Shown: positions 62,836-64,000 of the stretch, one piece after another | Position numbering within the stretch: the first letter of the stretch is position 1 | How the letters are laid out: every line of letters starts with the position of its first letter | Origin: Podarcis tiliguerta | Lineage: Eukaryota | Assembly (NCBI GenBank): GCA_965153285.1 | Contig: OZ229111.1 | Reading direction: 5' to 3' (one strand) | DNA length: 64,000 bases | Notes under the pieces: model-generated | Seen by the model: only the letters and a program-made list of their open reading frames with translations | Told to the model about the DNA's origin: nothing | Database searches by the model: none | Position numbers and translations under genes: made by a program

Positions 62836-63337
62836 TTTTAAGCAGCAGGCAAGCCATCTGTGCAGCTTTCTCTCCTGAAGAGGAACTGGTATGCCGCCAC
62901 CGCATCCCACAAGAGCTAGCCGGAGTCTCCCCCCATCAGACAGGCACCCTCCTATCAGCAGCAATTCAGACTGGCTACAGCCCCACTGCGGATGCTCCTT
63001 GCAAAGAAGTGGCAGGAACACCATTTTTGAAAGGGCTTTTTTCCCCTCTTGGCTCACTGCTTGACGGGTCTTTCCCCTGAAAAACACAGAGGCTGCAGGC
63101 GAGAGCGGAAAGCCTAAGTAAAATGTGTGTTAAGATGCAATACCAGTGTATAGGGACTTTCCAAGTCTTTGAGTCACTGGCACATAAACCTGCTCCTCAG
63201 CAATTTAAAGTCAGAACCTTGCAAGTGTCTGAGCTGACCATCTCCATTTCCTACGTTTAGTTGCAGCAGGATACTGTTGCTGCAGGGCCACTAATTTCCT
63301 CAGCTGCCTAAACAGTTTCAGTTCCCCAAGCTCTTTA

Positions 63338-63578
63338 CAGTGGTACCTCGGTTTACAAACTAAATCCATTCCTGAAGTCCATTCTTAAACCAAATAAGCT
63401 CTTAAACTGAGGCACACTTTCCCTAATGAGGCCTCCCGCCGCCAGCGCCCTTCGACGGTTTGGCTTCCATTCGTAGATCGCGGTAAAGTTCACAAACCGG
63501 AACACTACTTCCAATTTTGCGGAGTTCGTAAACCAAATAGTTCATTAACAGGGCTGTTCGTAAATCAAGGTACCACTG
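63338..63578. mobile_element. Tc1/mariner (Tigger-like) MITE, related CAGTGGTACCT subfamily
   Basis: TA|CAGTGGTACCTCGGTTTAC...GTAAATCAAGGTACCACTG. Confidence 0.8.
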
Positions 63579-64000
63579 TGCTCAGAAATCCCACCTTTCA
63601 CTCCACCCCTGAAGAGCCTCATCAGCCGCCACAGTGCCCAGAGGGAAGTTTTCCCTTGCAGTTTGTAGAGCTCTAAGCACATTTTCATGTCAGCTATGCT
63701 GCAGATCAAACAGTTATCTCCACCTCCACACAGAAGTCTTTTTAAGATTTCTGCCTCCCACCCCCACTAACTTAATTGAAGTTTGGGCCTGGTCCCACTC
63801 AGAGCAATGTTATGTCAAAGCGGCCTTCACTTCCTAAGAGGCAGCAAGTGGAGCTGTGCTGCTAAAAGCATTAAGCCATTTCGCTATTCATTCATAAAGT
63901 GAAGGAGCACAACTTGAGCGTTATTTTCACCTGTTTAATCCAATTAGGGATCCCACAGCAGCCGATGAAATCAGAAAGTATAGTACTTGGTCAGGTTTAC

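Larger units (their letters stand above)
1..64000 (-). other. FLNB: Filamin-B gene body (partial; exons 2-38 in window, both ends outside)
   Basis: 37 phase-compatible exons give a continuous 2027-codon frame (CH2 plus filamin Ig repeats). FLNB-type peptides [44 protein letters not shown] and hinge CPPGFHPWVTEEAYVP differ from FLNA/FLNC as I recall them. Confidence 0.97.

Overview
This is vertebrate genomic DNA, not prokaryotic. It is most likely from a squamate; the SINE and MITE families look lacertid-lizard-like, which is inference. The whole window lies inside one minus-strand gene, filamin-B (FLNB). I traced coding exons 2-38 (human-style numbering) from 49284 down to 2510. They have splice sites and phases that join into one continuous frame of 6081 nt (2027 codons), running from the end of CH1 through CH2, Ig repeats 1-15, hinge 1 and repeats 16-19 into the start of repeat 20. 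Exon 1 lies beyond 64000, so 49285-64000 is intron 1; exons 39 onward lie before position 1. Notable splicing features are a 93-nt cassette exon missed by the ORF track (17658-17750) flanked by QKI/RBFOX motifs, a hinge-1 exon with an ACTAAC motif abutting its 3' splice site, a GC-AG intron after exon 12, and two speculative in-frame micro-exons. The introns hold Sauria/Squam1-type SINEs, other tRNA-derived SINEs, CR1/L2 fragments, Tc1/mariner and hAT MITEs (one nested), a probable solo LTR, and a young-looking 1.3-kb CCGTA-ended element carrying two CpG-rich hairpin arrays. I found no convincing evidence of a wholly new biological system.
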